Under the pieces are notes generated by a model, which was not told the DNA's origin, made no database searches, and worked only from the letters and a program-made list of their open reading frames with translations. This document shows positions 19,035 through 28,420 of a stretch of DNA of 64,000 bases, in pieces. How positions within the stretch are numbered: the stretch's first letter is position 1; the number at the start of each line of letters is the position of its first letter. The DNA comes from Dehalococcoidia bacterium (GTDB lineage: Bacteria > Chloroflexota > Dehalococcoidia > Lucifugimonadales > GCA-2712585): assembly GCA_965261665.1 (NCBI GenBank), contig OZ253467.1, forward strand, positions 2,503,941 through 2,567,940, given 5' to 3'. The position numbers were made by a program, and so were the translations under genes.

Positions 19035-19298
19035 CTAAAAGGGCCTTCCGTTGATCAGATATTTGGCAACGGCAACGGAGGAGACCACCCCAATCAGGGC
19101 CAAAACGACTACCGCCGGAAAGAGCTCCGGCGCCCACTTGACAGTGAAGACGGCAATAAGTCCCAGGGCGAGCAGCATCGTTATCTCCACAGCCAGCAGC
19201 CTGTCCCCCGCCGTGGGCCCATCCACCAGCCGGTAGAGTGTCACAGGTAGGCCGAGGGCCAGCAAGACCATGGCAACATTCAGGGCGATTTCCACCAA
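19035..19298 (-). CDS. mrpF: Na+/H+ antiporter subunit F
   Basis: 87 aa with 3 TM helices. ..LYRLVDGPTAGDRLLA.. is typical of MnhF. Confidence 0.85.
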   Translation of the reverse strand: MVEIALNVAMVLLALGLPVTLYRLVDGPTAGDRLLAVEITMLLALGLIAVFTVKWAPELFPAVVVLALIGVVSSVAVAKYLINGRPF

Positions 19299-19786
19299 TT
19301 GAGTCCCTTTCCAAAGTGGGTTTCCAGATGGTTCACCAGCTCACGACGCGCGGCTTCTACGTCATCGGCATCCAGGACATGAACATAAAGGTACTGCCTG
19401 TCGGCGGAGAAATCGATGGTAATAGTGCCAGGCGTCAGGGTGATGGAGTTGGCCACGATGGTATGCTCCAGGTCGTCCATCTCGCCGACATAAACCTTCA
19501 GTATGGCGGACCGCACCGGACGTCTAAAGTCGACAATGAGTCGGGCAACTCTCACGTTGGCCAGCGCCACGGCCCAGCCGTAGCGGGCAATTCCGGCAGC
19601 GGCCGATATGGGGTTCGTCCACCCGCCCCAGCCTTCTGTGAACATCCCCGACAGAAGGCCTCGCCGAAGGTACAGATACAAAGCCGCAGCCATGAGAACG
19701 CCCGCCAAGGCCGCCACCCACTGTAGGGTGCTGCCCAGGAAGACCCAGAAGGCCGAGGCAAGAAGGATGAAGATAAGCGCTCGCAT
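19280..19786 (-). CDS. mrpE: Na+/H+ antiporter subunit E
   Basis: 168 aa. Its position between the D and F subunits, and its N-terminal 2 TM helices plus soluble domain, fit MnhE. Confidence 0.8.
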   Translation of the reverse strand: MRALIFILLASAFWVFLGSTLQWVAALAGVLMAAALYLYLRRGLLSGMFTEGWGGWTNPISAAAGIARYGWAVALANVRVARLIVDFRRPVRSAILKVYVGEMDDLEHTIVANSITLTPGTITIDFSADRQYLYVHVLDADDVEAARRELVNHLETHFGKGLNWWKSP

Positions 19787-19795
19787 TGGGTTTCT

Positions 19796-21301
19796 CTATT
19801 CTAGCAAGGACAGATTCACAGCGTCGACGTATTGGGTTGGGTCGAGAAGCTGCCGAGCCGCCTCGGACGTTATGTCTTGTAGACCGGCGGCGGCCACCGC
19901 CAGAACAACCGTGGCGGACGCCGCGATTGCGATGGGAACGGCGTAGAGGTATACCATTGAGGGCGCGGCGCGTTCCTCGTCATCTTTCCGACCCTCTCCC
20001 CAGAAGACCCACTGCCATATCCTGAACATCGCAAAAAGCGTTAGGAGGCTGCCAACGAGGGCCGCGCCGGCCATGGCGTAGGCAGCAGGGCTGTCCAGCC
20101 GTAGGGCGGACTCCAGAATGGCCAGCTTGCCCCAGAAACCGCTGAAGGGCGGGACGCCACCCAGGGACATGGCCGGCACCAGGAACAGTACGGCTAGAAG
20201 GGGATAGGCTCTCGCCAAGCCACCAAGCTGATTAATTCTACCCGTGCCTCGCAGTCTCTCCACCGCGGCCGCAACGGAAAAGAGGGCCGCCTTCACCGGC
20301 ATATACTGGAGCATGAAGAAGATGGCGGCTCCCACGGATGCGGTTGTGAATAGAGCCAGCCCCATCATCATGTACCCAACCTGGCTGACAATGTCCCACG
20401 TCAGGATCGACCGGATGTCCCTCTGGGCTACGGCCCCCAGCGCGCCCAAGACGATGCTAAACCCGGCCATTGTCAGAAGTATGGGCTGCACGAACTCCTG
20501 GTCGTGGCCGAGAACAAGAGTGAAGACCCGTATCATGCTGTACACGCCAACCTTAGTGAGCACCGCGCCGAAGAAGACGGCCACGCCGCTGGGCAGTTGG
20601 GCATAGGCGCCGGGCAGCCAAAAATGGAAGGGAATTAGCGCCGCCTTGATTCCGAAGGCCACCATCAGCAGCGCTCCCACCGCCGTCACCACCGCCCCGT
20701 TTTCGGCGCTTTCGGCGCGTATTGCGAGGTGTGCCATGTTCAGCGTGCCTAGTTCTCCGTAGAGCAAGCCGATTCCCATCAACAGAAAGGCTGAGCCGAT
20801 GACGTTGATGACCACGTACTTGAAGGCGGCCTCTGTTTGAAGCCGTCCTGCCCCGATGGCCATCAGGGCGTAGGAAGCCAGCAGAGTCACTTCGAAGAAT
20901 ACGAAGAGGTTGAAGATATCCCCCGTCATGAACGCCCCGTTCACCCCGGCCAGAAGGAAAAGCATGAAGGGAACGATGTACTTGCGTTGCCGCAAGTCCT
21001 GCGAGAGCATAACCACCGCGAAGGAAACCAAAGCAGCGAGGGAGGCTGCAACGACAGTCGCAGCGCTGAAAAGGTCCGCCACCAGCACAATGCCGAAGGG
21101 TCCCGGCCAATCGCCGAGATTGGTGGCTTGGATTCCCTCTCGCTGTATCAGGAACAAGGTATGGAAAGCCAGTCCCAATACGATCATTACCGTCGCTATG
21201 GCCACCCATCCGGCTATCTTGGGCCGGGCCAAGGCGGCAATTAGCAGAACAGCCCCTGTCAGGGGGACCAGCACGGGGGCAACCAGCAGGAAGTCCGTCA
21301 T
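19796..21301 (-). CDS. mrpD: Na+/H+ antiporter subunit D (NuoN/M-like)
   Basis: 501-aa polytopic ORF with proton-conducting-transporter motifs (..FFEVTLLASY.., ..IPFHFWLPGAY..). Confidence 0.9.
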   Translation of the reverse strand: MTDFLLVAPVLVPLTGAVLLIAALARPKIAGWVAIATVMIVLGLAFHTLFLIQREGIQATNLGDWPGPFGIVLVADLFSAATVVAASLAALVSFAVVMLSQDLRQRKYIVPFMLFLLAGVNGAFMTGDIFNLFVFFEVTLLASYALMAIGAGRLQTEAAFKYVVINVIGSAFLLMGIGLLYGELGTLNMAHLAIRAESAENGAVVTAVGALLMVAFGIKAALIPFHFWLPGAYAQLPSGVAVFFGAVLTKVGVYSMIRVFTLVLGHDQEFVQPILLTMAGFSIVLGALGAVAQRDIRSILTWDIVSQVGYMMMGLALFTTASVGAAIFFMLQYMPVKAALFSVAAAVERLRGTGRINQLGGLARAYPLLAVLFLVPAMSLGGVPPFSGFWGKLAILESALRLDSPAAYAMAGAALVGSLLTLFAMFRIWQWVFWGEGRKDDEERAAPSMVYLYAVPIAIAASATVVLAVAAAGLQDITSEAARQLLDPTQYVDAVNLSLLE

Positions 21302-21639
21302 CCCTTCAAGTTCCTCATGTTGTCCACGTCGTCGGAACCCATCGCCTTGTGGGTCCTAACGGCCAGGGTAAGCAGAAATGCGGCTATGCCGAAACCAATG
21401 ACGATAGCTGTAAGAATCAACGCTTGCACTAGCGGATCGGCGAGTCCTTCGATGGTCGCGCCTTTCTCGGCAATGGGGGAGCCTCCCTTGGTGAGCCGGC
21501 CCACGACGAAGATCGTCAAGTTGGCGGCGTGGGAAAGCAGCAGCAGTCCGACGACTATCTTGAAGACGCTGCGTTGGAGGAGCAGGAAAAGGCCCCCACC
21601 CGCCAATACGCCAACAGCTATGGACAGGGGAATCTCCAT
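21298..21639 (-). CDS. mrpC: Na+/H+ antiporter subunit C (NuoK-like)
   Basis: 113 aa with 3 TM helices. ..LLLSHAANL.. and ..DPLVQALILTAIVIGF.. are MnhC-like. Confidence 0.85.
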   Translation of the reverse strand: MEIPLSIAVGVLAGGGLFLLLQRSVFKIVVGLLLLSHAANLTIFVVGRLTKGGSPIAEKGATIEGLADPLVQALILTAIVIGFGIAAFLLTLAVRTHKAMGSDDVDNMRNLKG

Positions 21640-22253
21640 TATTCCCCCCCTTCAGTAGAGGAGGTCCCCTCAGCTGCTTCAGCCAGTTTCGGTGTCAGCG
21701 TGGATTCCACGTCGGGTGACGCATCTGCACCTTCCGCAGCATCCATTTCAGACGCACACTCCGCACCGTCAACCACCTCTTCTGCCACGCTAGAAGCCTG
21801 TTCGTCAGAAGGTCCGTCCAATGCCTCATCCCCGCAATCACGGGCCAAGGCCAGCACCGCCGTAACAACTCCACCCGCCACCAGCAGGAAAATACCAAAG
21901 TCGAAGAGCTGCGCCAGGGCAAACTCCATCTTCGCCCCCAAGATAGGCACGTCTACCGTTGCGTGGAAGCTGGTGAGGAAGGGATATCCCAGCACGAGGG
22001 GAGCCGTTGCCGCAGCAACGGCAATCACAAACCCCAGGGCCACAATTCGCTCGTAGGGCAACTTTAGAAACCTGGGCACGCCTTCCGGTCCATGAGCGAG
22101 GAACTGGAAGGCGACGGCCCCGCTCATCAGCACCCCCGCAATGAAACCACCCCCCGGGTTGTTATGCCCACTAACCAGGAAATAGAGCGTCAAAAGGGTC
22201 GTGAAGGGGAACGTCACCGACGCTACGACTCGAAGGATCGGACCTCTTATCAT
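21639..22253 (-). CDS. mrpB: Na+/H+ antiporter subunit B with acidic C-terminal extension
   Basis: 204 aa. The MnhB-domain motif ..GHNNPGGGFIAG.. is present. The last about 65 aa form a D/E/A/S-rich tail. Confidence 0.85.
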   Translation of the reverse strand: MIRGPILRVVASVTFPFTTLLTLYFLVSGHNNPGGGFIAGVLMSGAVAFQFLAHGPEGVPRFLKLPYERIVALGFVIAVAAATAPLVLGYPFLTSFHATVDVPILGAKMEFALAQLFDFGIFLLVAGGVVTAVLALARDCGDEALDGPSDEQASSVAEEVVDGAECASEMDAAEGADASPDVESTLTPKLAEAAEGTSSTEGGE

Positions 22254-22254
22254 C

Positions 22255-24582
22255 CTAGCGTCCTTCCCTCACGGCGCGAACCATGGCGAAAACGGCGAGG
22301 GCCGCCATTCCAACCACGGTTATTTCTCCGAGGGTATCGAAGCCGCGAAAGTCCACGAGAATGGTGTTGACTACGTTCTTCGCCTTGGCCAGCGCCGCGC
22401 TGTTCTCCAGGAAGAAGGGCGCTATAGAAGGGTGCTGGGGCGTCGCCAGCACCGTCAGCAGCAGGAACGTCACCATGGTTCCGAAGGCAGCGGAGAAGGT
22501 CAACTGGAGGGCCAGAACGCGGCGAGACGCGGAGACGTTGAATACCTTCAACATCTTGCTGATGCCCAGGACCAGCAGGACAACCATGAGCATCTCGATC
22601 ACCAGTTGGGTGAGGGCCAGGTCCGGCGCGCTGTACAAGGCAAAGGCAGCCGTCACCAGCGCGCCGACGAATCCCAGCCCCAAGACCATCTCCAGAGGAC
22701 GTCGTCGGAATAGCAAAACGACGGCACCTAACACCAGGAACAGGGCTAGGGCGTAGTCTAAGACGCCCAGGTTCCCGCCCTCTATGAGGCGCGAGAAGGG
22801 AGGCGCGCCGGAACGGACCAGCGCAGTGACTACAAGCGCCATGGCCGCCAAAACTATTACTGTAATGTATCGCCGCAGGTCGCCGTTCTGGAACCAGATG
22901 TATATTCGCGGCACCGAATGATCCAGAAAGTCCATTCCCTGCTGGAAACCCCGAACCGCCAAGCCCCGGCGAGTGAGGCCTCGCCCCATCAATGCCCATA
23001 CCCAATGATTGACCTGCCGGTGATAGTAATAAGCGGCAATTCCAAGGGCTATGGCAATGACACTGAAAGCCAAAGGCAGATTGAAACCGGCCCACAGGTG
23101 AAGACCAACCTTGTATGGATGTCCCACCAAGGAGGCCACCGCCGGGGATATCAGCCCCCCGTCTATCAATTCAGGGTGGACTCCTATAGCAACCGTAGCC
23201 AGGGCAAGCACTCCGGGAACCAGCACCAAAACGTTCGGAACGCTGGGACGGAAAGAGGGAGGCCCCAGGTACCTTCCCCCGAATGCGCCAATGAGGAACT
23301 TGAGGGAATAAGCCAGGGTGACGCCGCTCCCGACAACCAGCACACCGGTCGCGAGCCAATGGAAGGTGTCCGCACTATGTGGAACGTGCAGCGCCGCATC
23401 GAGAAGGACCTCCTTGCTAACGAAGCCGCTCAAAGGCGGGATGCCCCCAAGGGACAGAGACACCACGGCAGCTATTCCCGCCAAGGCAGGCATGAGATAG
23501 GCTAGACCTTCCAGAGAGTTGACTTCCCTGGTCCCAATCTCGTATTCGATGGTCCCCGCTATAAGGAAAAGCGCCCCCTTGTACACGGCGTGAGACACCA
23601 AATGCATTGTCGCCGCCACCGCAGCCAGCTCCGTGCCCAGCCCGTAAATGGCAATCATCATCCCCAGCTGGCTTATTGTGGAATAGGCAAGCAGCGCTTT
23701 CAGGTCGCTCTGCCGGAGGGCCAGCAGCCCGCCAATTATTAAAGTAATGAGTCCCAAGACAACCAGCGTAACTTCCCATGAGGCGACCCCCGCAAACACC
23801 GGGGAGAATCGGGCGACCAGGAAGATGCCGGCCTTGACCATCGTGGCCGAATGGAGGTAGGCGCTCACCGGCGTAGGGGCGACCATGGCGGAAGGAAGCC
23901 AGATGTGGAACGGGAAGATGGCCGACTTGGTTACGGCCCCAAGCAGCACAAGGATGACGATTGGCGTTAGCAGAGGTGACGCGCGAAGCTCCGACGCCCG
24001 CGCCAAGACTTCTTGCAATTCGAAGGTGCCGAGGGTTATGTAAATCAGGACGAATCCCGCCAGCATGGCCAGTCCGCCCACGACAGTGATCACCAGCGCC
24101 CTCGTGGCATTCCTTCTCGCCCGACCCCTTTCGTCGGAAAGGCCAATGAGGAAGTAGGAGCTTATGGTGGTCATCTCCCAAAATAGGTACAGGACGATGA
24201 GGTTGGCGGAGGTGACCAGCCCCAGCATGGATCCAGCGAAGATGAGCATCCAGCAATAGAACTTGAGCATGTGGGTATGGTGCCCCATGTACCGTTGCGA
24301 GTAGAGGAAAATGAGCGCGCCAATTCCCGTAATGAGCAGAACGAACAATAAGGAGTAACCGTCGAGGATGAAGGAGAGGTTGACTCCAAGGTCCGGAACC
24401 CAAGGATAGGAGAAGGATGCTGTGGCTTCCTCGGATGATGCGGGTACATGGGTAAGTGCGAGTCCGAAAAGGGAAGCCATGACGGCAGCGGCGTAGATGC
24501 CGAGGTATCTACGCAGGGGGCCGGGAAGTAGAAGGGCAACTACTCCCGCGGCCATGGGCACAGCAAAGAAGAGGAGGGTCAT
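22255..24582 (-). CDS. mrpA: Na+/H+ antiporter subunit A (NuoL-like, with C-terminal MrpB-like domain)
   Basis: 775-aa polytopic ORF. ..LFWEMTTISSY.. and ..FPFHIWLPSAM.. are present, and it is the first gene of the A-G operon. Confidence 0.9.
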   Translation of the reverse strand: MTLLFFAVPMAAGVVALLLPGPLRRYLGIYAAAVMASLFGLALTHVPASSEEATASFSYPWVPDLGVNLSFILDGYSLLFVLLITGIGALIFLYSQRYMGHHTHMLKFYCWMLIFAGSMLGLVTSANLIVLYLFWEMTTISSYFLIGLSDERGRARRNATRALVITVVGGLAMLAGFVLIYITLGTFELQEVLARASELRASPLLTPIVILVLLGAVTKSAIFPFHIWLPSAMVAPTPVSAYLHSATMVKAGIFLVARFSPVFAGVASWEVTLVVLGLITLIIGGLLALRQSDLKALLAYSTISQLGMMIAIYGLGTELAAVAATMHLVSHAVYKGALFLIAGTIEYEIGTREVNSLEGLAYLMPALAGIAAVVSLSLGGIPPLSGFVSKEVLLDAALHVPHSADTFHWLATGVLVVGSGVTLAYSLKFLIGAFGGRYLGPPSFRPSVPNVLVLVPGVLALATVAIGVHPELIDGGLISPAVASLVGHPYKVGLHLWAGFNLPLAFSVIAIALGIAAYYYHRQVNHWVWALMGRGLTRRGLAVRGFQQGMDFLDHSVPRIYIWFQNGDLRRYITVIVLAAMALVVTALVRSGAPPFSRLIEGGNLGVLDYALALFLVLGAVVLLFRRRPLEMVLGLGFVGALVTAAFALYSAPDLALTQLVIEMLMVVLLVLGISKMLKVFNVSASRRVLALQLTFSAAFGTMVTFLLLTVLATPQHPSIAPFFLENSAALAKAKNVVNTILVDFRGFDTLGEITVVGMAALAVFAMVRAVREGR

Positions 24583-24745
24583 GGATTGCGGCGGAAAGGC
24601 GGAGATTCGCTCTTGGAATGCAGTCTCATACCGGAGTTCAGTTTACCAGCCCAAAGCCGTGAAAGGTAGCCACCAATGCGTCCCACCCTTCTCCACCCTC
24701 GCGCGGGAGGGGCGTCGGCATAAACTACCTCACGGACTGAATTCC

Positions 24746-24775
24746 TTGACACACTCTTTCGGCGGTGGGTAACAT
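24746..24775 (+). promoter_or_regulatory. Putative sigma70-type promoter of the formamidase gene
   Basis: TTGACA (24746-24751), an 18-nt spacer and TAACAT (24770-24775), about 50 nt upstream of the start. GGGGAGGA is the RBS. This is a pattern match only. Confidence 0.3.
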
Positions 24776-24826
24776 CCACACGTACTGTACGAATATACGC
24801 ATTCTTGCTTTTAGGGGAGGACGGTT

Positions 24827-25936
24827 TTGAAGAGCATCAGCATAGACCGCAGCAAGTCCCTGGCCGAACAGCCGGAGACGGGACACAATCGTTGGCACCC
24901 GGATATTTCACCGGTAGTAGAAGCAGCAGAGGGCGAAGAGGTTGTCATAGAGACCCGTGACGCTCTGGACGGCCAGCTTAACGCCTCCAGCACCGTGGCG
25001 GACTTTGGCGGGATAGCCACCGGCGCCGTGCATCCCCTTACGGGGCCGGTTCTGGTCAAGGGCGCTGATCCCGGTGACCTGCTGGAGATTGAGTTCGTCG
25101 ACGTCGTGCCCCAGCCTTGGGCCTTCAGCAGCATCATTCCCGGCCTGGGCTTCCTGAGGGACATCTATACCGAGCCTTTCATGGTCCATTGGAACATCGC
25201 CGACGGTTGGGCCACCTCTGAGCAGATTCCCGGCGTTCGCGTCCCTGGCGCCTCTTTCATGGGCGTTTCGGGCGTGGCTCCTTCCCACGAACAGTTGACG
25301 GTTTGGACGGCTAGGGAGAGCGTCCTTATCGGCAAGGGAGGCATGGCCCTTCCGCCAGACGCCGACGGCGCGGTCCCGGCCCAGGGAGCGGCGGCAGCCG
25401 ACGGTCTTCGCACCTTGCCGCCCCGTGAAAACGGCGGCAACTTCGACGTTAAGCAGCTTTCCAAGGGGTCCAAGCTGATGCTTCCCGTGGCGGTGGAGGG
25501 CGCTCTCTTCTCAACCGGGGACGCCCATTTCGCCCAGGGTGACGGCGAAGTCTGCGTGACTGCTGTGGAAATGGGCGCAACGGTCTCCGTGCGGTTTAAG
25601 CTGCACAAAGGCGAGGCCGCCCGCAAGAACATTCGGTGGCCCCGGTTCAGTCGAACCGACTACTTCATAGACCCTCAATGGGCCGCGCCGAAAAACTTCA
25701 TCGCTACCATGGGCATGCCAGTGACGGACGACGGCGTGAACGACGGGGAGAACCTGACGCTTGCTTGCCGCAATGCCGTCATAAACATGATAGACCTGCT
25801 TCAGGAACGGGGTTTCACCCGCGAGCAGGCCTATGTGATTTGCAGTGTGGCCGTGGACCTGAAGATCAGCAACGTTGTAGACGTTCCCAACTACGTAGTT
25901 TCGGCCTGCCTGCCCTTGGGAATTCTGGAGGGCTAG
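24827..25936 (+). CDS. Acetamidase/formamidase family amidohydrolase
   Basis: 369 aa. The N-terminus ..PETGHNRWHPDI..GEEVVIETRDALDGQ.. and ..NGGNFDVKQL.., ..GDGEVC.. are typical of FmdA/AmdA-type enzymes. The start is TTG, preceded by GGGGAGGA. Confidence 0.85.
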   Translation: MKSISIDRSKSLAEQPETGHNRWHPDISPVVEAAEGEEVVIETRDALDGQLNASSTVADFGGIATGAVHPLTGPVLVKGADPGDLLEIEFVDVVPQPWAFSSIIPGLGFLRDIYTEPFMVHWNIADGWATSEQIPGVRVPGASFMGVSGVAPSHEQLTVWTARESVLIGKGGMALPPDADGAVPAQGAAAADGLRTLPPRENGGNFDVKQLSKGSKLMLPVAVEGALFSTGDAHFAQGDGEVCVTAVEMGATVSVRFKLHKGEAARKNIRWPRFSRTDYFIDPQWAAPKNFIATMGMPVTDDGVNDGENLTLACRNAVINMIDLLQERGFTREQAYVICSVAVDLKISNVVDVPNYVVSACLPLGILEG

Positions 25937-25956
25937 CGCCGGCATCGTATTCCCAT

Positions 25957-26052
25957 GTCATTCTGAACGGAGCGCAGCGCAGTGAAGAATCTAGGGGTGG
26001 GGGAGCGCTGCCCGAAACGAGATTCTTCGCTGCGCTTAGAGTGACAGAATGA
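25957..26052. repeat. Palindromic MITE/REP-like intergenic element, copy 1
   Basis: The left arm is gtcattctgaacggagcgcagcgcagtgaagaatct. The right arm gagattcttcgctgcgcttagagtgacagaatga is its imperfect reverse complement. A near-identical left arm and the core gagattcttcgct recur at 38924-39013. Confidence 0.8.
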
Positions 26053-26063
26053 AATGGCCTCGC

Positions 26064-27284
26064 TTAAGAGGAAGGGGGAGATTCTCTCCACGCCCAGCCT
26101 CGACGCTCCCCAGGCAGGCTGTCCCCCAATCTAAGGGCACCCCCCGTCTGGATGGAGCCAAAGCCGTATTTGTCCCTAACTTTGTCGATGGCGGAAGACA
26201 GTTCGGCGAACTTGTCGTCCTCACGCTCAAAGAGGGATATCTGCGAAACCTCTTGCGACAGTTCGGATACCGAAATACCCACCAATCTAACCAGAGCCTT
26301 GCGCTCCTTGAGCGTTCGCATGAGAAGCGCCGCGCCTGCGTCGTAGATGCCCTGATCGTGGGAGATCGGGGGCTTCAAGGTGGTCTGGTGCGAAACGGTC
26401 TGGAAGTCGGAGAAGCGCACCCTCACAGACACGCGGCGGGCCTTCTTGGCCTCGCGCCGCAAATCAGCCCCCACCCGTTCTGCCAAATTCCGCAGGAGAG
26501 GCAACAGAAAGGCCGGGTCGTCTGAATCCTCGTTGAAGGTGGTCTCCCGTCCAATGGACTTGGGGGCCTCTGGGCCATGAACGGGAGTATCGTCTTCGCC
26601 CCGCGCCCACAGCCGCAGCAGGTCCCCGCGGACGCCAAAGACGCTCCGAAGGGAGGTGGCAGGTGTATCCGCCAGTTCGCCCAACAGCTTCACTCCCAAC
26701 GCCTCTTCAAGAAGCTTGGCAGTCTTCGCTCCCACTCCGGGCAGGTCCGCAACCGGCATCGGCGCAAGAAAACGAGCGTCCGAGCCGGGCGGCACCTCCA
26801 CCAGGCCATCGGGCTTTTTCAGTTCGGAGGCCACCTTGGCCGCCACCTTTGAGGAGGCTATCCCCACGGAGGCGGTAATCTTCAACTCCGAGCGGACCCG
26901 CCCCTTCATATCATTCGCCACTTTATACAGAGAACCGTAGAGGGAGTCAAAGCCCGTCATGTCCACGAAAGCCTCGTCCAAGCTCAAGGGCTGCACGAAG
27001 GGTGAAAAGGACTCCAATATCCGGTGGAACTCCTCCGACACTGCGGTATATCTATGATAATTCCCTGGTAGATAGATGGCCTGCGGACAGAGGCGGTGGG
27101 CCCGGGATAGAGGCATGCCCGCCCGCAAACCGTAGGGGCGGGCTTCGTAAGAGGCGCAGGTAACGACGCCCCGGCCGTTTGCCCGTCCGCCAACGACGAC
27201 GGGCTTGCCCTCCAACGAAGGGTCGTCGGCGCGTTCTACCGACACGAAGAAGGCATCCAAGTCTATGTGAAAGATACGACGCAT
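26064..27284 (-). CDS. dinB: DNA polymerase IV (Y-family)
   Basis: 406 aa. MRRIFHIDLDAFFVSVE..GKPVVVGG..VVTCASYEARPYG.. is a canonical DinB N-terminus. Confidence 0.9.
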   Translation of the reverse strand: MRRIFHIDLDAFFVSVERADDPSLEGKPVVVGGRANGRGVVTCASYEARPYGLRAGMPLSRAHRLCPQAIYLPGNYHRYTAVSEEFHRILESFSPFVQPLSLDEAFVDMTGFDSLYGSLYKVANDMKGRVRSELKITASVGIASSKVAAKVASELKKPDGLVEVPPGSDARFLAPMPVADLPGVGAKTAKLLEEALGVKLLGELADTPATSLRSVFGVRGDLLRLWARGEDDTPVHGPEAPKSIGRETTFNEDSDDPAFLLPLLRNLAERVGADLRREAKKARRVSVRVRFSDFQTVSHQTTLKPPISHDQGIYDAGAALLMRTLKERKALVRLVGISVSELSQEVSQISLFEREDDKFAELSSAIDKVRDKYGFGSIQTGGALRLGDSLPGERRGWAWRESPPSS

Positions 27285-27305
27285 AACAGTTGTGTCAAAT
27301 CTTAA

Positions 27306-27319
27306 CGTACATCAGTTCG
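27306..27319. promoter_or_regulatory. Possible LexA (Cheo-type) SOS box upstream of dinB
   Basis: CGTACATCAGTTCG differs from the Gram-positive-type CGAAC-N4-GTTCG at one position. It lies 22-35 nt upstream of the dinB start codon. Confidence 0.3.
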
Positions 27320-27448
27320 TAATGCAAATTATGTGTCGTGGGGCACGGAAAAGGCATATCGCATATTATCGGGGCCGTTGTTGTCATATCGGCTACGCCT
27401 TATTATAATCAGGCCAAACCTCAGTATCAGCATAGGGGGAGATTTGCG

Positions 27449-28387
27449 TTGAGTCCAACACCATACGCTTTCTTTGAAGGTGATTTCGTTCCGCTGGAGG
27501 AAGCCAAGGTCGGCATCCAGACCCACGCTCTTCACTACGGCACCGGGGTTTTCGAGGGCATTCGAGGCAACTGGAACGCAGAAAAAGAGACCATTTACGT
27601 CTTCCGATTGCGCGAACATTACGAGCGCTTGACCCAAGGATGCAGCCTCCTGATGATGGACATCCCATATTCGGTTGACGACCTATGCGATATCACCGTC
27701 GAACTTATTCAGCGTTGTGGCTACAAGCAGGACATCTACATTCGCCCCCTGGCCTACAAGAGCGCTCAACTCATCGCTAACCTGAAACTCCACGAATTGG
27801 ACAGCGACTTCTGCATAATGACCATCCCCTTCGGCGACTACCTGGATACGGACGCTCTCCGGTGCTGCACTTCAACATGGCGTCGGCCCGATGACCGCTC
27901 CATTCCGCCCCGGTTCAAGATGACTGGGCTGTACATCAACAGCATCTTGGCCAAGACGGAGGCCGTCCTCGCAGGATTTGACGAAGCTATTTTGCTGAAT
28001 TCCGACGACAACGTTTCGGAGGGCGCCGGCGAAAACCTCTTTATGGTCCTCGACGGTCGTCTCCACACTCCGCCTCTGGGAGACAGTGTGCTGCCCGGGA
28101 TAACCCGCTCCACCGTCATGGAGGTGGCCCGTGAAGAGTTCGGCTTGGAGGTGCTCGAGAGCCACATTAGCCGCACCGAGCTTTACATCGCCGACGAGTG
28201 CTTCCTCACAGGCACCGCCGCCCACCTGACGCCCATGGTAGAACTGGACAACCGTAAGATTGGCGACGGGACTGTTGGCCCTATATCCAAGGTCCTGCGG
28301 GAGAAGTATTTCGAGATAGCCGGAGGCAACAACCCCAAGTACATGCACTGGTGCACCCCCGCAGTACCCAAAGCTTCGGCTTCCTAG
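27449..28387 (+). CDS. ilvE: Branched-chain amino acid aminotransferase
   Basis: ..FFEGDFVPLEEAKVGIQTHALHYGTGVFEGIRG.. and ..LPGITR.. are class-IV aminotransferase motifs. The start was moved to TTG 27449, which is preceded by GGGGGAG (the ORF-track start is 27338). Confidence 0.85.
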   Translation: MSPTPYAFFEGDFVPLEEAKVGIQTHALHYGTGVFEGIRGNWNAEKETIYVFRLREHYERLTQGCSLLMMDIPYSVDDLCDITVELIQRCGYKQDIYIRPLAYKSAQLIANLKLHELDSDFCIMTIPFGDYLDTDALRCCTSTWRRPDDRSIPPRFKMTGLYINSILAKTEAVLAGFDEAILLNSDDNVSEGAGENLFMVLDGRLHTPPLGDSVLPGITRSTVMEVAREEFGLEVLESHISRTELYIADECFLTGTAAHLTPMVELDNRKIGDGTVGPISKVLREKYFEIAGGNNPKYMHWCTPAVPKASAS

Positions 28388-28420
28388 AGACCAGGAAATA
28401 CCGTGGCGGATATATAAGTC

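Noticed and set aside
22250-24403. 281-aa, 328-aa and other minus/plus ORFs inside mrpA
   Set aside because: These are alternative frames of a polytopic membrane gene with clear NuoL/MrpA motifs. Their translations are R/G/P-rich.
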